Shown here in pieces: positions 14,301 through 29,100 of a stretch of DNA of 64,000 nt. Source of the DNA: the human T2T-CHM13v2.0 reference genome, Homo sapiens; NCBI RefSeq assembly GCF_009914755.1, contig NC_060933.1; one strand, 5' to 3'. Each line of letters begins with the position of its first letter. The first letter of the stretch is position 1. The notes beneath the pieces were generated by a model. That model was not told where the DNA came from. It searched no databases and saw only the letters and a program-made list of their open reading frames with translations. Made by a program: the position numbers and the translations under genes.

Positions 14301-16599
14301 ATCCGTAATGGAATGGAAAGGAATGGAATGGAATGGAATGGAATGGAATGGAATGGAATCAACTCGATTGCAATCGAATGGAATGGAATGGAATTAACCC
14401 GAATAGAATGGAATGGAATGGAATGGAACGGAACGGAACGGAACGGAATGGATGGAATGGAATGGAATGGAATGGAATGGAATCAACGCGAGTGCAGGGG
14501 AATGGAATGGAATGGAATGCAATGGAATGGAATCTTCCGGAATGGAATGGAATAGAATGAAATGCAATGGATTCAACTCGATTGCAATAGAATGGAATAG
14601 AATGGAATGGAATTGAATGGAATGGAATTAATCCGAATAGAATGGAGTGCAATGGAATGGAACGGAATGGAACGGAATGGAATGGAATGGAATGGAATGG
14701 AATGGAATGGTATGGAATGGAATGGAATGGTACGGAATAGAATGGAATGGAACGAATTGTAATGGAATGGAATTGAATGGAATGGAATGGAATGGAATGG
14801 AATCAACGCGAGTGCCGGGGAATGTAATGGAACGGAATGCAAGGGAATGGAATCATCCGGAATGGAATGGAATGGAATGGAATGGAATGGAATGGAATGG
14901 AATCAACCCGAGTGCAATGGAATGGAGTGGAATGGAATGGAATGCAATGGAACAACCCGAATGGAATGGAATGTAATGGAGGGTAAGGGAGTTGAATAGA
15001 ATCTATCCGAATGTAATGGAATGGAATGCAACGGAATGGAATGGAATGGAATGGAATGCAATGCAATGGAATTGAATCAACCCGAATACAATGGAATGGA
15101 ATGGAATGGAATGGAATGGAATGGAATGGAAAGGAATGATACGGAATAGAATGGAATGGAACGAAATGGAATGGAATGGAATGGAATGGAATGGAATGGA
15201 ATGGAATCGTTCCGAGTGGAATAGGAGAGAATGTATTCGAGTGGAATGGAAAGGAATGGTATCAACCACAGTGGAATGGAAGGGAATGGAATGGAGTGGA
15301 AACTAATAGAATGGAATCAACCCGAGTGGAATGGAATGGAAAGGACTGGAATGGAATGGAATGGAATGGAATCAACTCGATTGTAATGGAATGGAATGGA
15401 ATGGAATGGAATGGAATGGAATCAACCCGAGTGCAGGGGAATGGAATGGAATGGAATGCAATGGAATGGAATCTTCCGGAATGGAATGGAATGGAATGGA
15501 ATGGAATGGAATGGAATGGAATCAACCCGAGTGCAATGGAATGGAGTTGAATGGAATGGAATGGAATGGAACAACCCGAATGGAATGGAATGTAATGGAG
15601 AGTAAGGGAGTTGAACAGAATCAATCCGAATGTAATGGAATGGAATGGAACGGAATGGAATTGAATGGAATGGAATGGAATGCAATGGAATGGAATCAAC
15701 CCGAGTGCAATGGAATGGAGAGGAATGGAATGGAATGGAATGGAAACTACCCGAATGGAATGGAATGTAATGGAGTGTAAGGGAATTGAATACAATCAAT
15801 CCGAATGTACTGGAATGGAATGGAACGGAATGGAATGGAATGGAATGGAATGGAATGCAATGCAATGGAATGGAATCAACCCGAGTGCAATCGAATGGAA
15901 TCGAATGGAATGGAATGCAATGGAATGGATTCAACTTGAATGGAATGGAAAGAATGGAATCAACACGAGTGGAATGGCATGGATTGGAATGGAATGGAAT
16001 GGAATCAACCCGAGTACAGGGGAATGGTATGGAATGGAATGCAATGGAATGGAATCATCCGTAATGGAATGGAAAGGAATGGAATGGAATGGAATGGAAT
16101 GGAATCAACCCGAGTGCAGGGGAATGTAATGGAACGGAATGCAATGGAATGGAGTCATCCGGAATGGAATGGAATGGAATGGAATGGAATCAACCCGAGT
16201 GCAATGGAATGGAGTGGAATGGAATGGAATGGAATGGAACAACCCGAATGGAATCGAATGTAATGGAGAGTAAGGGAGTTGAAAAGAATCAATCCGAATG
16301 TAATGGAATGGAATGGAACGGAATGGAATGGAATGGAATGGAATGGAATGGAATGGAATGCAATGGAGTGGAATCAACACGAATACAATGGAATGGAATG
16401 GAATGGAATGGAATGGAATGGAATGGAATGGAATGGAATGGAATGGAATGCAATGTAATGGAATCTTCCGGAATGGAATGGAATGGAATGGAATGCAATG
16501 CAATGGATTCAACTCGATTGCAATGGAATGGAATAGAATGGAATGGAATGGAATGGAATGGAATGGAATTCAACCGAATAGAATGGAATGGAATGGAAT

Positions 16600-16629
16600 G
16601 GAACGGAACGGAACGGAACGGAACGGAAC
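16600..16629 (+). repeat. (GGAAC)6 variant-pentamer run (one CpG every 5 bp)
   Basis: Six consecutive GGAAC units. A similar run lies at 52149-52188 (7 of 8 units). Confidence 0.9.
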
Positions 16630-18568
16630 GGAGTGGAATGGAATGGAATGGATTTGTATGGAATGGAATGGAATGGTATGGAATAGAATGGAATGGAAAG
16701 AATTGGAATGGAATGGAATCGAATGGAATGGAATGGAATGGAATGGAATCAACCCGAGTGCAGGGGAATGTAATGGAACGGAATGCAATGGAATGGAATC
16801 ATCCGGAATGGAATGGAATGGAATGGAATCAATCCGAGTGCAATGGAATGGAGTGGAATGGAAAGGAATGGAATGGAACAACACGAATGGAATGGAATGT
16901 AATGGAGAGTAAGGGAGTTGAATAGAATCAATCCGAATGTAATGGAATGGAATGCAACGGAATGGAATGGAATGGAATGGAATGGAATGGAATGCCATGG
17001 AATGGAATAAACCCGAGTACAATGGAATGGAATGGACTGGAATGGAATGGAATGGAATGGAATGGAATGGAATGGAATGCCTTCAAACCGAATGGAATGG
17101 AAAGGAATGAAATCAACACGAGTGGAATGGAATGGAATGGAATGGAATGGAATGATACGGAATAGAATGGAATGGATCGAAATGGAATGGAATGGAATGA
17201 AATGGAATGGAATGGAATGGAATCAACCCGAGTGCAGGGGAATGTAATGGAACGGAATGCAATGGAATGGAATCATCCGGAATGGAATGGAATGGAATGG
17301 AATGGAATGGAATCAAACCGAGTGCAATGGAATGGAGTGGAATGGAATGGAATGGAATGGAATGGAATGGAATGGAATGCTTTCAAATCGAATGGAAAGG
17401 AATGGAATGAAATCAACTCGAGTGGAATGGAATGGAATGGAATGGATTGGAATGGATTGCAAAGGAATGAAATGTAATGGAATGGAATGGAATCAATCAT
17501 TCCGAGTGGAATGGAAGGGAATGTAATGGAGTGGAAAGAAGGGAATGGAATCAACCCGATTGGAATGCAAGGCAATGGAATGGAATGGAATGGAATGGAA
17601 TGGAATGGAATGGTGTGGAATGGAATGGAATGGTACGGAATAGAATGGAATGGAACGAATTGTAATGGAATGGAGTTGAATGGAATGGAATGGAATCAAC
17701 GCGAGTGCAGGGGAATGTAATGGACCGGAATGCAATGGAATGGAATCATCCGGAATGGAATGGAATGGAATGGAATGGAATGGAATGGAATCAACCCGAC
17801 TGCAATGGAATGGAGTGGAATGGAATGGAATGGAATGGAACACCCGAATGGAATGGAATGTAATGGAGAGTAAGGGAGTTGAATAGAATCAATCCGAATG
17901 TAATGGAATGGAATGCAACGGAATGGAATGGAATGCAATGGAATGGAATGCAATGGAATGGAATCAACCCGAGTACAATGGAATGGAATGGAATGGAATT
18001 GAATGGAATGGAATGCAATGGTTTCAACTCGATTGCAATGGAATGGAATAGAATGGAATGCAATGGAATGGAATGGAATGGAATTAAACCGAATAGAATG
18101 GAATGGAATGGAATGGAACGGAACGGAACGGAACGGAGTGGAATGGAATGGAATGGAATTGTATGGAATGGAATGGAATGGTACGGAATAGAATGGAATG
18201 GAAAGAATTGGAATGGAATGGAATGGAATGGAATGGAATGGAATGAAATGGAATCAACCCGAGTGCAGGGGAATGTAATGGAACGGAATGCAATGGAATG
18301 GAATCATCCGGAATGGAATGCAATGGAATGCAATGCAATGGAATGGAATGGAATGGAATCAACCCGAGTGCAATGGAATGGAGTGGAGTGGAATGGAATG
18401 GAATGGAACAACCCGAATGGAATGGAGTGTAATGGAGAGTAAGGGAGTTGAATAGAATCAATCCGAATGTAATGGAATGGAACGGAATGGAATGGAATGG
18501 AATGGAATGGAATGGAATGGAATGGAATGGAATGGAATGCAATGGAATGGAATCAACCCGAGTACAAT

Positions 18569-18603
18569 GTAATGTAATGTAATGTAATGTAATGTAATGT
18601 AAT
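18569..18603 (+). repeat. (GTAAT)7 variant-pentamer run
   Basis: Seven consecutive GTAAT units directly after CAACCCGAGTACAAT. Confidence 0.95.
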
Positions 18604-19494
18604 GGAATGTAATGGAATGCAATGGAATGGAATGGAATGGAATCAACCCGAGTGCAATGGAATGGAGAGGAATGGAATGGAATGGAATGGAAACTACCCG
18701 AATGGAATGGAATGTAATGGAGTGTAAGGGAATTGAATAGAATCAATCCGAATGGAATGGAATGGAATGGAACGGAATGTAATGGAATGGAATGGAATGG
18801 AATCAACGCGAGTGCAGGGGAATGGAATGGAATGGAATGCAATGGAATGGAATCATCCGGAATGGAATGGAATGGAATGCAATGGAATGGAATTGAATGG
18901 AATCAACCCGAGTGCAATGGAATGGAGTGGAATGGAATGGAATGGAATGGAACAACCCGAATGGAATGGAATGTAATGGAGAGTAAGGGAGTTGAATAGA
19001 ATCAATCCGAATGTAATGTAATGTAATGGAATGGAATGGAATGGAATGGAATGGAATGGAATGGAATGCAATGGAATGGAATCTTCCGGAATGGAATGGA
19101 ATGGAATGGAATGGAATGCAATGGATTCATCTCGATTGCAATGGAAGGGAATACAATGGAATGGAATGGAATGGAATGGAATGGAATGGAATTAAACCGA
19201 ATAGAATGGAATGGAATGGAATGGAATGGAACGGAACGGAATGGAACGGAACGGAGTGGAATGGAATGGAATGGAATTGTATGGAATGGAATGGAATGGT
19301 ACGGAATAGAATGGAATGGAAAGAATTGGAATGGAATGGAATCGAATGGAATGGAATTGAATGGAATGGAATCAACCCGAGTGCAGGGGAATGTAATGGA
19401 ACGGAATGCAATGGAATGTAATCATCCGGAATGGATTGGAATTGAATGGAATGGAATGGAATGGAATCAATCCGAGTGCATTGGAATGGAGTGG

Positions 19495-22400
19495 AATGGA
19501 ATGGAATGGAATGGAACAACCCGAATGGAATGGAATGTAATGGAGTGTAAGGGAGTTGAATAGAATCAATCCGAATGTAATGGAATGGAATGCAACGGAA
19601 TGGAATGGAATGGAATGCAATGGAATGGAATCAACCCGAGTACAATGGAATGGAATGGACTGGAATGGAATGGAATGGAATGGAATGGAATGGAATGCAA
19701 TGCCTTCAAACCGAATGGAATGGAAAGGAATGAAATCAACACGAGTGGAATGGAATGGAATGGAATGGAATGGAATGGAATGATACGGAATAGAATGGAA
19801 TGGAAAGAAATGGAATGGAATGGAATGGAATGGAATGGAATGGAATGGAATGGAATCGTTCCGAGTGGAATAGGAGGGAATGTATTCGAGTGGAATGGAA
19901 AGGAATGGAATCAACCAGAGTGGAATGGAAGGGAATGGAATGGAATGGAAACTAATAGAATGGAATCAACCCGAGTGGAATGGAATGGAAAGGACTGGAA
20001 TGGAAAGGAATGGAATGGAATGGAATGGAATGGAATGGAATGGAATGGCATCAACGCGAGTGCAGGGGAATGGAATGGAATCGAATGGAATGGAATGGAA
20101 TGGAATGGAATCAACCCGAGTCCAGGGGAATGTAATGGAACGGAATGCAATGGAATGGAATCATCCGGAATGGAATGCAATGGAATGGAATGGAATGGAA
20201 TCAACCCGAGTGCAATGGAATGGAGTGGAATGGAATGGAATGGAATGGAACAACCCGAATGGAATGGAATGTAATGGAGAGTAAGGGAGTTGAATAGAAT
20301 CAATCCGAATGTAATGGAATGGAATGCAACGGAATGGAATTGAATGGAATGCAATGGAATGGAATGGAATGGAATGCAAAGGAATGGAATCAACCCGAGT
20401 GGAATGGCATGGAATGGAATGCAATGGATTGGAATGGAATGGAATCAACTCGAGTGGAAAGGAATGCAATGGAATGGAAAGGAATGGAATGAAGTCAACT
20501 CGAGTGGAATGGAATGGAATGGAATGGATTGGAATGGATTGCAATGGAATGGAATGGAATGGAGTGGAATGGAATCAATCATTCTGAGTGGAATGGAAGG
20601 GAATGTAATGGAGTGGAAAGAAGGGAATGGAATCAACCCGAGTGGAATGCAAGGCAATGGAATGGAATGGAAAGGAATGGAATGGAAACAACTCGATTGC
20701 AATGGAATGGAATGGAATGGAATGGAATGGAATGGAATTAACCGGAATAGAATGGAATGGAATGGAATGGAACGGAATGGAATGGAATGGAATCAACACG
20801 AGTGCAGGGGAATGGAATGGAATGGAATGCAATGGAATGGAATCATCCGGAATGGAATGGAATGGAATGGAATCAACTCCATTGCAATGGAATGGAATGG
20901 AATGGAATGGAATGGAATAGAATGGAATGGAATTAACCCGAATAGAATGGAATGCAATAGAATGGAATGCAACGGAACCGAATGGAGTGGAATGGAATGG
21001 AATGGAATCAACCCGAGTACAGTGGAATGGAATGGAATGGAATGCAATGTAATGGAGTCATCCGTAATGGAATGGAAAGGAATGGAATGGAATGGAATGG
21101 AATGGAATGGAATGGAATGGAATCAACTCGATGGCAATCGAATGGAATGGAATGGAATTAACCCGAATAGAATGGAATGGATTGGAATGGAACGGAACAG
21201 AATGGAATGGAATGGAATGGAATGGAACGGAATGGAATGGAATGGAATGGAATGGAATCAACGCGAGTGCAGGGGAATGGAATGGAATGGAATGGAATCT
21301 TCCGGAATGGAATGGAATAGAATGAAAGGCAATGGATTCAACTCGATTGCAATGGAATGGAATAGAATGGAATGGAATGGAATGGAATGGAATGGAATGG
21401 AATTGAATGGAATGGAATGCCTTCAAAGGGAATGGAATGGAAAGGAATGGAATCAACACGAGTGGAAAAGAATGGAATGGAAAGGAAAGGAATGGAATGG
21501 AATGGTACGGAATAGAATGGAATGGAACGAACTGGAATGGAATGGAATGGAATGGAATGGAATGAAATGGAATCGCTCCGAGTGGAATAGGAGGGAATGT
21601 ATTCGAGTGGAATGGAAAGGAATGGAATCAACCAGAGTGGAATGGAAGGGAATGGAATGGAATGGAAACTAATAGAATGGAATCAACCCGAGTGGAATGG
21701 AATGGAAAGGACTGGAATGGAAAGGAATGGAATGGAATGGAATGGAATGGAATGGAATGGAATGGAATCAACGCGAGTGCAGGGGAATGGAATGGAATCG
21801 AATGGAATGGAATGGAATGGAATGGAATCAACCCGAGTGCAGGGGAATGTAATGGAAAGGAATGCAATGGAATGGAATCATCCGGAATGGAATGGAATGG
21901 AATGGAATGGAATGGAATGGAATGGAATGGAATCAACCCGAGTGCAATGGAATGGAGTGGAATGGAATGGAATTGAATGGAACAACCCGAATGGAATGGA
22001 ATGTAATGGAGTGTAAGGGAGTTGAAAAGAATCAATCCGAATGTAATGGAATGGAATGGAATGGAATGGAATGGAATGCAATGGAATGGAATCTTCCGGA
22101 ATGGAATGGAATGGAATGGAATGGAATGCAATGGATTCATCTCGATTGCAATGGAAGGGAATAGAATGGAATGGAATGGAATGGAATGGAATTAAACCGA
22201 ATAGAATGGAATGGAATGGAATGGAACGGAACGGAACGGAACGGAACGGAGTGGAATGGAATGGAATGGAATTGTATGGAATGGAATGGAATGGTACGGA
22301 ATAGAATGGAATGGAAAGAATTGGAATGGAATGGAATCGAATGGAATGGAATTGAATGGAATGGAATCAACCCGAGTGCAGGGGAATGTAATGGAACGGA

Positions 22401-25400
22401 ATGCAATGGAATGTAATCATCCGGAATGGAATGGAATTGAATGGAATGGAATGGAATGGAATCAATCCGAGTGCAATGGAATGGAGTGGAATGGAATGGA
22501 ATGGAATGGAACAACCCGAATGGAATGGAATGTAATGGAGTGTAAGGGAGTTGAATAGAATCAATCCGAATGTAATGGAATGGAATGCAACGGAATGGAA
22601 TGGAATGGAATGCAATGGAATGGAATCAACCCGAGTACAATGGAATGGAATAGAATGGAATGGAATGGAATCAACGCGAGTGCAGGGGAATGGAATGGAA
22701 TGGAATGCAATGGAATGGAATCTTCCGGAATGGAATGGAATGGAATGGTATGGAGTGGAATGGAATGGAATCAACCCGAGTGCAATGGAATGGAGTGGAA
22801 TGGAATGGAATGGAATGGAACAACTCGAATGGAATGGAATGTAATGGAGAGTAAGGGAGTTGAATAGAATCAATCCGAATGTAATGGAATGGAATGGAAC
22901 GGAATGGTATGGAATGGAATGGAATGCAATGGAATGGAATCAACCCGAGTGCAATCGAATGGAATCGAATGGAATGGAATGCAATGGAATGGATTCAACT
23001 TGAATGGAATGGAAAGAATGGAATCAACACGAGTGGAATGGCATGGATTGGAATGGAATGGAATGGAATCAATCCGAGTACAGGGGAATGGAATGGAATG
23101 GAATGCAATGGAATGGAATCATCCGTAATGGAATGGAAAGGAATGGAATGGAATGGAATGGAATGGAATGGAATGGAATGGAATGGAATCAACTCGATTG
23201 CAATCGAATGGAATGGAATGGAATTAACCCGAATAAAATGGAATGGAATGGAATGGAACGGAACGGAATGGAATGGAATGGAATGGAATGGAACGGAAAG
23301 GAAGGGAATGGAATGGAATAGAAGGGAATGGAATGGAATCAACGCTAGTGCAGGGGAATGGAATGGAATGGAATGCAATGGAATGGAATCTTCCGGAATG
23401 GAATGGAATGGAATGGAATGGAATGGAATGGAATAAACCCGAGTGCAATGGAATGGAGTGGAATGGAATGGAATGGAATGGAACAACCCGAATGGAATGG
23501 AATGTAATGGAGAGTAAGGGAGTTGAATAGAATCAATCCGAATGCAATGGAATGGAATGGAACGGAATGGAATTGAATGGAATGGAATGGAATGCAATGG
23601 AATGGAATCAACCCGAGTGCAATGGAATGGAGAGGAATGGAATGGAATTGAGTGGAAACTACACGAATGGAATGGAATGTAATGGAGTGTAAGGGAATTG
23701 AATAGAATCAATCCGAATGTAATGGAATGGAATGGAGCGGAATGGAATGGAATGGAATGGAATGGAATCAACCCGAGTGCAATGGAATGGAGTGAAATGG
23801 AATGGAATGGAATGGAACAACCCGAATGGAATGGAATGTAATGGAGAGTAAGGGAGTTGAATAGAATCAATCCGAATGTAATGGAATGGAACGGAATGGA
23901 ATGGAATGGAATGGAATGGAATGCAATATAATGGAATCAACCCGAGTGCAATCGAATGGAATCGAATGGAATGGAATGCAATGGAATGGATTCAACTTGA
24001 ATGGAAAGTAAAGAATGGAATCAACACGAGTGGAATGGCATGGATTGGAATGGAATGGAATGGAATCAACCCGAGTATAGGGGAATGGAATGGAATGGAA
24101 TGCAATGGAATGGAATCATCCGTAATGGAATGGAAAGGAATGGAATGGAATGGAATGGAATGGAATGGAATGGAATGGAATGGAATCAACTCGATTGCAA
24201 TCGAATGGAATGGAATGGAATTAACCCGAATAGAATGGAATGGAATGGAATGCAACGGAACGGAATGGAATGGAATGGAACGGAAAGGAAGGGAATGGAA
24301 TGGAATAGAATGGAATGGAATGGAATCAACGCGAGTGCAGGGGAATGGAATGGAATGGAATGGAATGCAATGGAATGGAATGTTCCGGAATGGAATGGAA
24401 TGGAATGGAATGGAATGGAATGGAATGGAATCAACCCGAGTGCAATGGAATGGAGTGGAATGGAATGGAATGGAATGGAACAATCCGAATGGAATGGAAT
24501 GTAATGGAGAGTAAGGGAGTTGAATAGAATCAATCCGAATGTAATGGAATGGAATGGAACGGAATGGAATTGAATGGAATGGAATGGAATGCAATGGAAT
24601 GGAATCAACCCGAGTGCAATGGAATGGAGAGGAATGGAATGGAATGGAATGGAAACTACCCGAATGGAATGGAATGTAATGGAGTGTAAGGGAATTGAAT
24701 AGAATCAATCGGAATGTAATGGACTGGAATGGAACTGAATGTAATGGAATGTAATGGAATGGAATGGAATGCAATGGAATGGAATCAACCCAAGTGCAAT
24801 CGAATGGAATCGAATGGAATGGAATGCAATGGAATGGACTCAACTTGAATGGAATGGAAAGAATGGAATCAACACGAGTTGAATGGCATGGATTGGAATG
24901 GAATGGAATGGAATCAACCCGAGTACAGGGGAATGGAATGGAATGGAATGCAATGGAATGGAATCATCCGTAATGGAATGGAAAGGAATGGAATGGAATG
25001 GAAAGGAATGGAATGGAATGGAATGGAATGGAATGGAATGGAATCAACTCGATTGCAATCGAATGGAATGGAATGGAATTAACCCGAATAGAATGGAATG
25101 GAATAGAATGGAACGGAACAGAATGGAATGGAATGGAATGGAATGGAATGGAATGGAACGGAACGGAATGGAATGGAATGGAATGGAATGGAATCAGCGC
25201 GAGAGCAGGGGAATTGAATGGAATGGAATGCAATGGAATGGAATCTTCCGGAATGGAATGGAATGGAATGGAATTGAATGAAATGCAATGGATTCAACTC
25301 GATTGCAATGGAATGGAATAGAATGGAATGGAATGGAATGGAATGGAATTAATCCGAATAGAATGGAATTGAATGGAATGGAACGGAATGGAACGGAATG

Positions 25401-26172
25401 GAATGGAATGGAATGGAATGGAATGGTATGGAATGGAATGGAATGGTACGGAATAGAATGGAATGGAACGAATTGTAATGGAATGGAATTGAATTGAATG
25501 GAATGGAATGGAATGGAATCAACGCGAGAGCTGGGGAATGTAATGGAACGGAATGCAATGGAATGGAATCATCCGGAATGGAATGGAATGGAATGGAATC
25601 AACCCGAGTGCAATGGAATGGAGTGGAATGGAATGGAATGGAATGGAACAACCCGAATGGAATGGAATGTAATGGAGAGTAAGGGAGTTGAATAGAATCA
25701 ATCCGAATGTAATGGAATGGAATGCAACGGAATGGAATGGAATGGAATGCAATGGAATGGAATCAACCCGAGTACAATGGAATGGAATGGAATGGAATGG
25801 AATGGAATGGAATGGAATGGAATGGAATGCCTTCAAACCGAATGGAATGGAAAGGAGTGGAATCAACACGAGTGGAATGGAATGGAATGGAATGGAATGG
25901 AATGGAATGGAATGATACGGAATAGAATGGAATGGAACGAAATGGAATGGAATGGAATGGAATGGAATGGAATCGTTCCGAGTGGAATAGGAGGGAATGT
26001 ATTCGAGTGTAATGGAAAGGAATGGAATCAACAAGAGTGGAATGGAAGGGAATGGAATGGAAGGGAAACTAATAGAATGGAATCAACCCGAGTGGAATGG
26101 AATGGAAAGGACTGGAAGGGAATGGAATGGAATGCAATCAACTCGATTGTAATGGAATGGAATGGAATGGAA
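19495..26172 (+). repeat. 6.66 kb tandem duplication, copy 1
   Basis: Rare variants and ORF translations recur at offsets of 6651-6661 (19556/26212, 19585/26241, 21597/28248, 22995/29656, 25519/32180). The left boundary was read where the flanks diverge (G19494 vs T26150). Confidence 0.95.
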
Positions 26173-29100
26173 CAACCCGAATGGAATGGAATGTAATGGA
26201 GTGTAAGGGAGTTGAATAGAATCAATCCGAATGTAATGGAATGGAATGCAACGGAATGGAATGGAATGGAATGCAATGGAATGGAATCAACCCGAGTACA
26301 ATGGAATGGAATGGACTGGAATGGAATGGAATGGAATGGAATGGAATGGAATGCAATGCCTTCAAACCGAATGGAATGGAAAGGAATGAAATCAACACGA
26401 GTGGAATGGAATGGAATGGAATGGAATGGAATGGAATGATACGGAATAGAATGGAATGGAAAGAAATGGAATGGAATGGAATGGAATGGAATGGAATGGA
26501 ATGGAATGGAATCGTTCCGAGTGGAATAGGAGGGAATGTATTCGAGTGGAATGGAAAGGAATGGAATCAACCAGAGTGGAATGGAAGGGAATGGAATGGA
26601 ATGGAAACTAATAGAATGGAATCAACCCGAGTGGAATGGAATGGAAAGGACTGGAATGGAAAGGAATGGAATGGAATGGAATGGAATGGAATGGAATGGA
26701 ATGGCATCAACGCGAGTGCAGGGGAATGGAATGGAATCGAATGGAATGGAATGGAATGGAATGGAATCAACCCGAGTCCAGGGGAATGTAATGGAACGGA
26801 ATGCAATGGAATGGAATCATCCGGAATGGAATGCAATGGAATGGAATGGAATGGAATCAACCCGAGTGCAATGGAATGGAGTGGAATGGAATGGAATGGA
26901 ATGGAACAACCCGAATGGAATGGAATGTAATGGAGAGTAAGGGAGTTGAATAGAATCAATCCGAATGTAATGGAATGGAATGCAACGGAATGGAATTGAA
27001 TGGAATGCAATGGAATGGAATGGAATGGAATGCAAAGGAATGGAATCAACCCGAGTGGAATGGCATGGAATGGAATGCAATGGATTGGAATGGAATGGAA
27101 TCAACTCGAGTGGAAAGGAATGCAATGGAATGGAAAGGAATGGAATGAAGTCAACTCGAGTGGAATGGAATGGAATGGAATGGAATGGATTGGAATGGAT
27201 TGCAATGGAATGGAATGGAATGGAGTGGAATGGAATCAATCATTCTGAGTGGAATGGAAGGGAATGTAATGGAGTGGAAAGAAGGGAATGGAATCAACCC
27301 GAGTGGAATGCAAGGCAATGGAATGGAATGGAAAGGAATGGAATGGAAACAACTCGATTGCAATGGAATGGAATGGAATGGAATGGAATGGAATGGAATT
27401 AACCGGAATAGAATGGAATGGAATGGAATGGAACGGAATGGAATGGAATGGAATCAACACGAGTGCAGGGGAATGGAATGGAATGGAATGCAATGGAATG
27501 GAATCATCCGGAATGGAATGGAATGGAATGGAATCAACTCCATTGCAATGGAATGGAATGGAATGGAATGGAATAGAATGGAATGGAATTAACCCGAATA
27601 GAATGGAATGCAATAGAATGGAATGCAACGGAACCGAATGGAGTGGAATGGAATGGAATGGAATCAACCCGAGTACAGTGGAATGGAATGGAATGGAATG
27701 CAATGTAATGGAGTCATCCGTAATGGAATGGAAAGGAATGGAATGGAATGGAATGGAATGGAATGGAATGGAATGGAATCAACTCGATGGCAATCGAATG
27801 GAATGGAATGGAATTAACCCGAATAGAATGGAATGGATTGGAATGGAACGGAACAGAATGGAATGGAATGGAATGGAATGGAACGGAATGGAATGGAATG
27901 GAATGGAATGGAATCAACGCGAGTGCAGGGGAATGGAATGGAATGGAATGGAATCTTCCGGAATGGAATGGAATAGAATGAAAGGCAATGGATTCAACTC
28001 GATTGCAATGGAATGGAATAGAATGGAATGGAATGGAATGGAATGGAATGGAATTGAATGGAATGGAATGCCTTCAAAGGGAATGGAATGGAAAGGAATG
28101 GAATCAACACGAGTGGAAAAGAATGGAATGGAAAGGAAAGGAATGGAATGGAATGGTACGGAATAGAATGGAATGGAACGAACTGGAATGGAATGGAATG
28201 GAATGGAATGGAATGAAATGGAATCGCTCCGAGTGGAATAGGAGGGAATGTATTCGAGTGGAATGGAAAGGAATGGAATCAACCAGAGTGGAATGGAAGG
28301 GAATGGAATGGAATGGAAACTAATAGAATGGAATCAACCCGAGTGGAATGGAATGGAAAGGACTGGAATGGAAAGGAATGGAATGGAATGGAATGGAATG
28401 GAATGGAATGGAATGGAATCAACGCGAGTGCAGGGGAATGGAATGGAATCGAATGGAATGGAATGGAATGGAATGGAATCAACCCGAGTGCAGGGGAATG
28501 TAATGGAAAGGAATGCAATGGAATGGAATCATCCGGAATGGAATGGAATGGAATGGAATGGAATGGAATGGAATGGAATGGAATCAACCCGAGTGCAATG
28601 GAATGGAGTGGAATGGAATGGAATTGAATGGAACAACCCGAATGGAATGGAATGTAATGGAGTGTAAGGGAGTTGAAAAGAATCAATCCGAATGTAATGG
28701 AATGGAATGGAATGGAATGGAATGGAATGGAATGGAATGCAATGGAATGGAATCTTCCGGAATGGAATGGAATGGAATGGAATGGAATGCAATGGATTCA
28801 TCTCGATTGCAATGGAAGGGAATAGAATGGAATGGAATGGAATGGAATGGAATTAAACCGAATAGAATGGAATGGAATGGAATGGAACGGAACGGAACGG
28901 AACGGAACGGAGTGGAATGGAATGGAATGGAATTGTATGGAATGGAATGGAATGGTACGGAATAGAATGGAATGGAAAGAATTGGAATGGAATGGAATCG
29001 AATGGAATGGAATTGAATGGAATGGAATCAACCCGAGTGCAGGGGAATGTAATGGAACGGAATGCAATGGAATGTAATCATCCGGAATGGAATGGAATTG

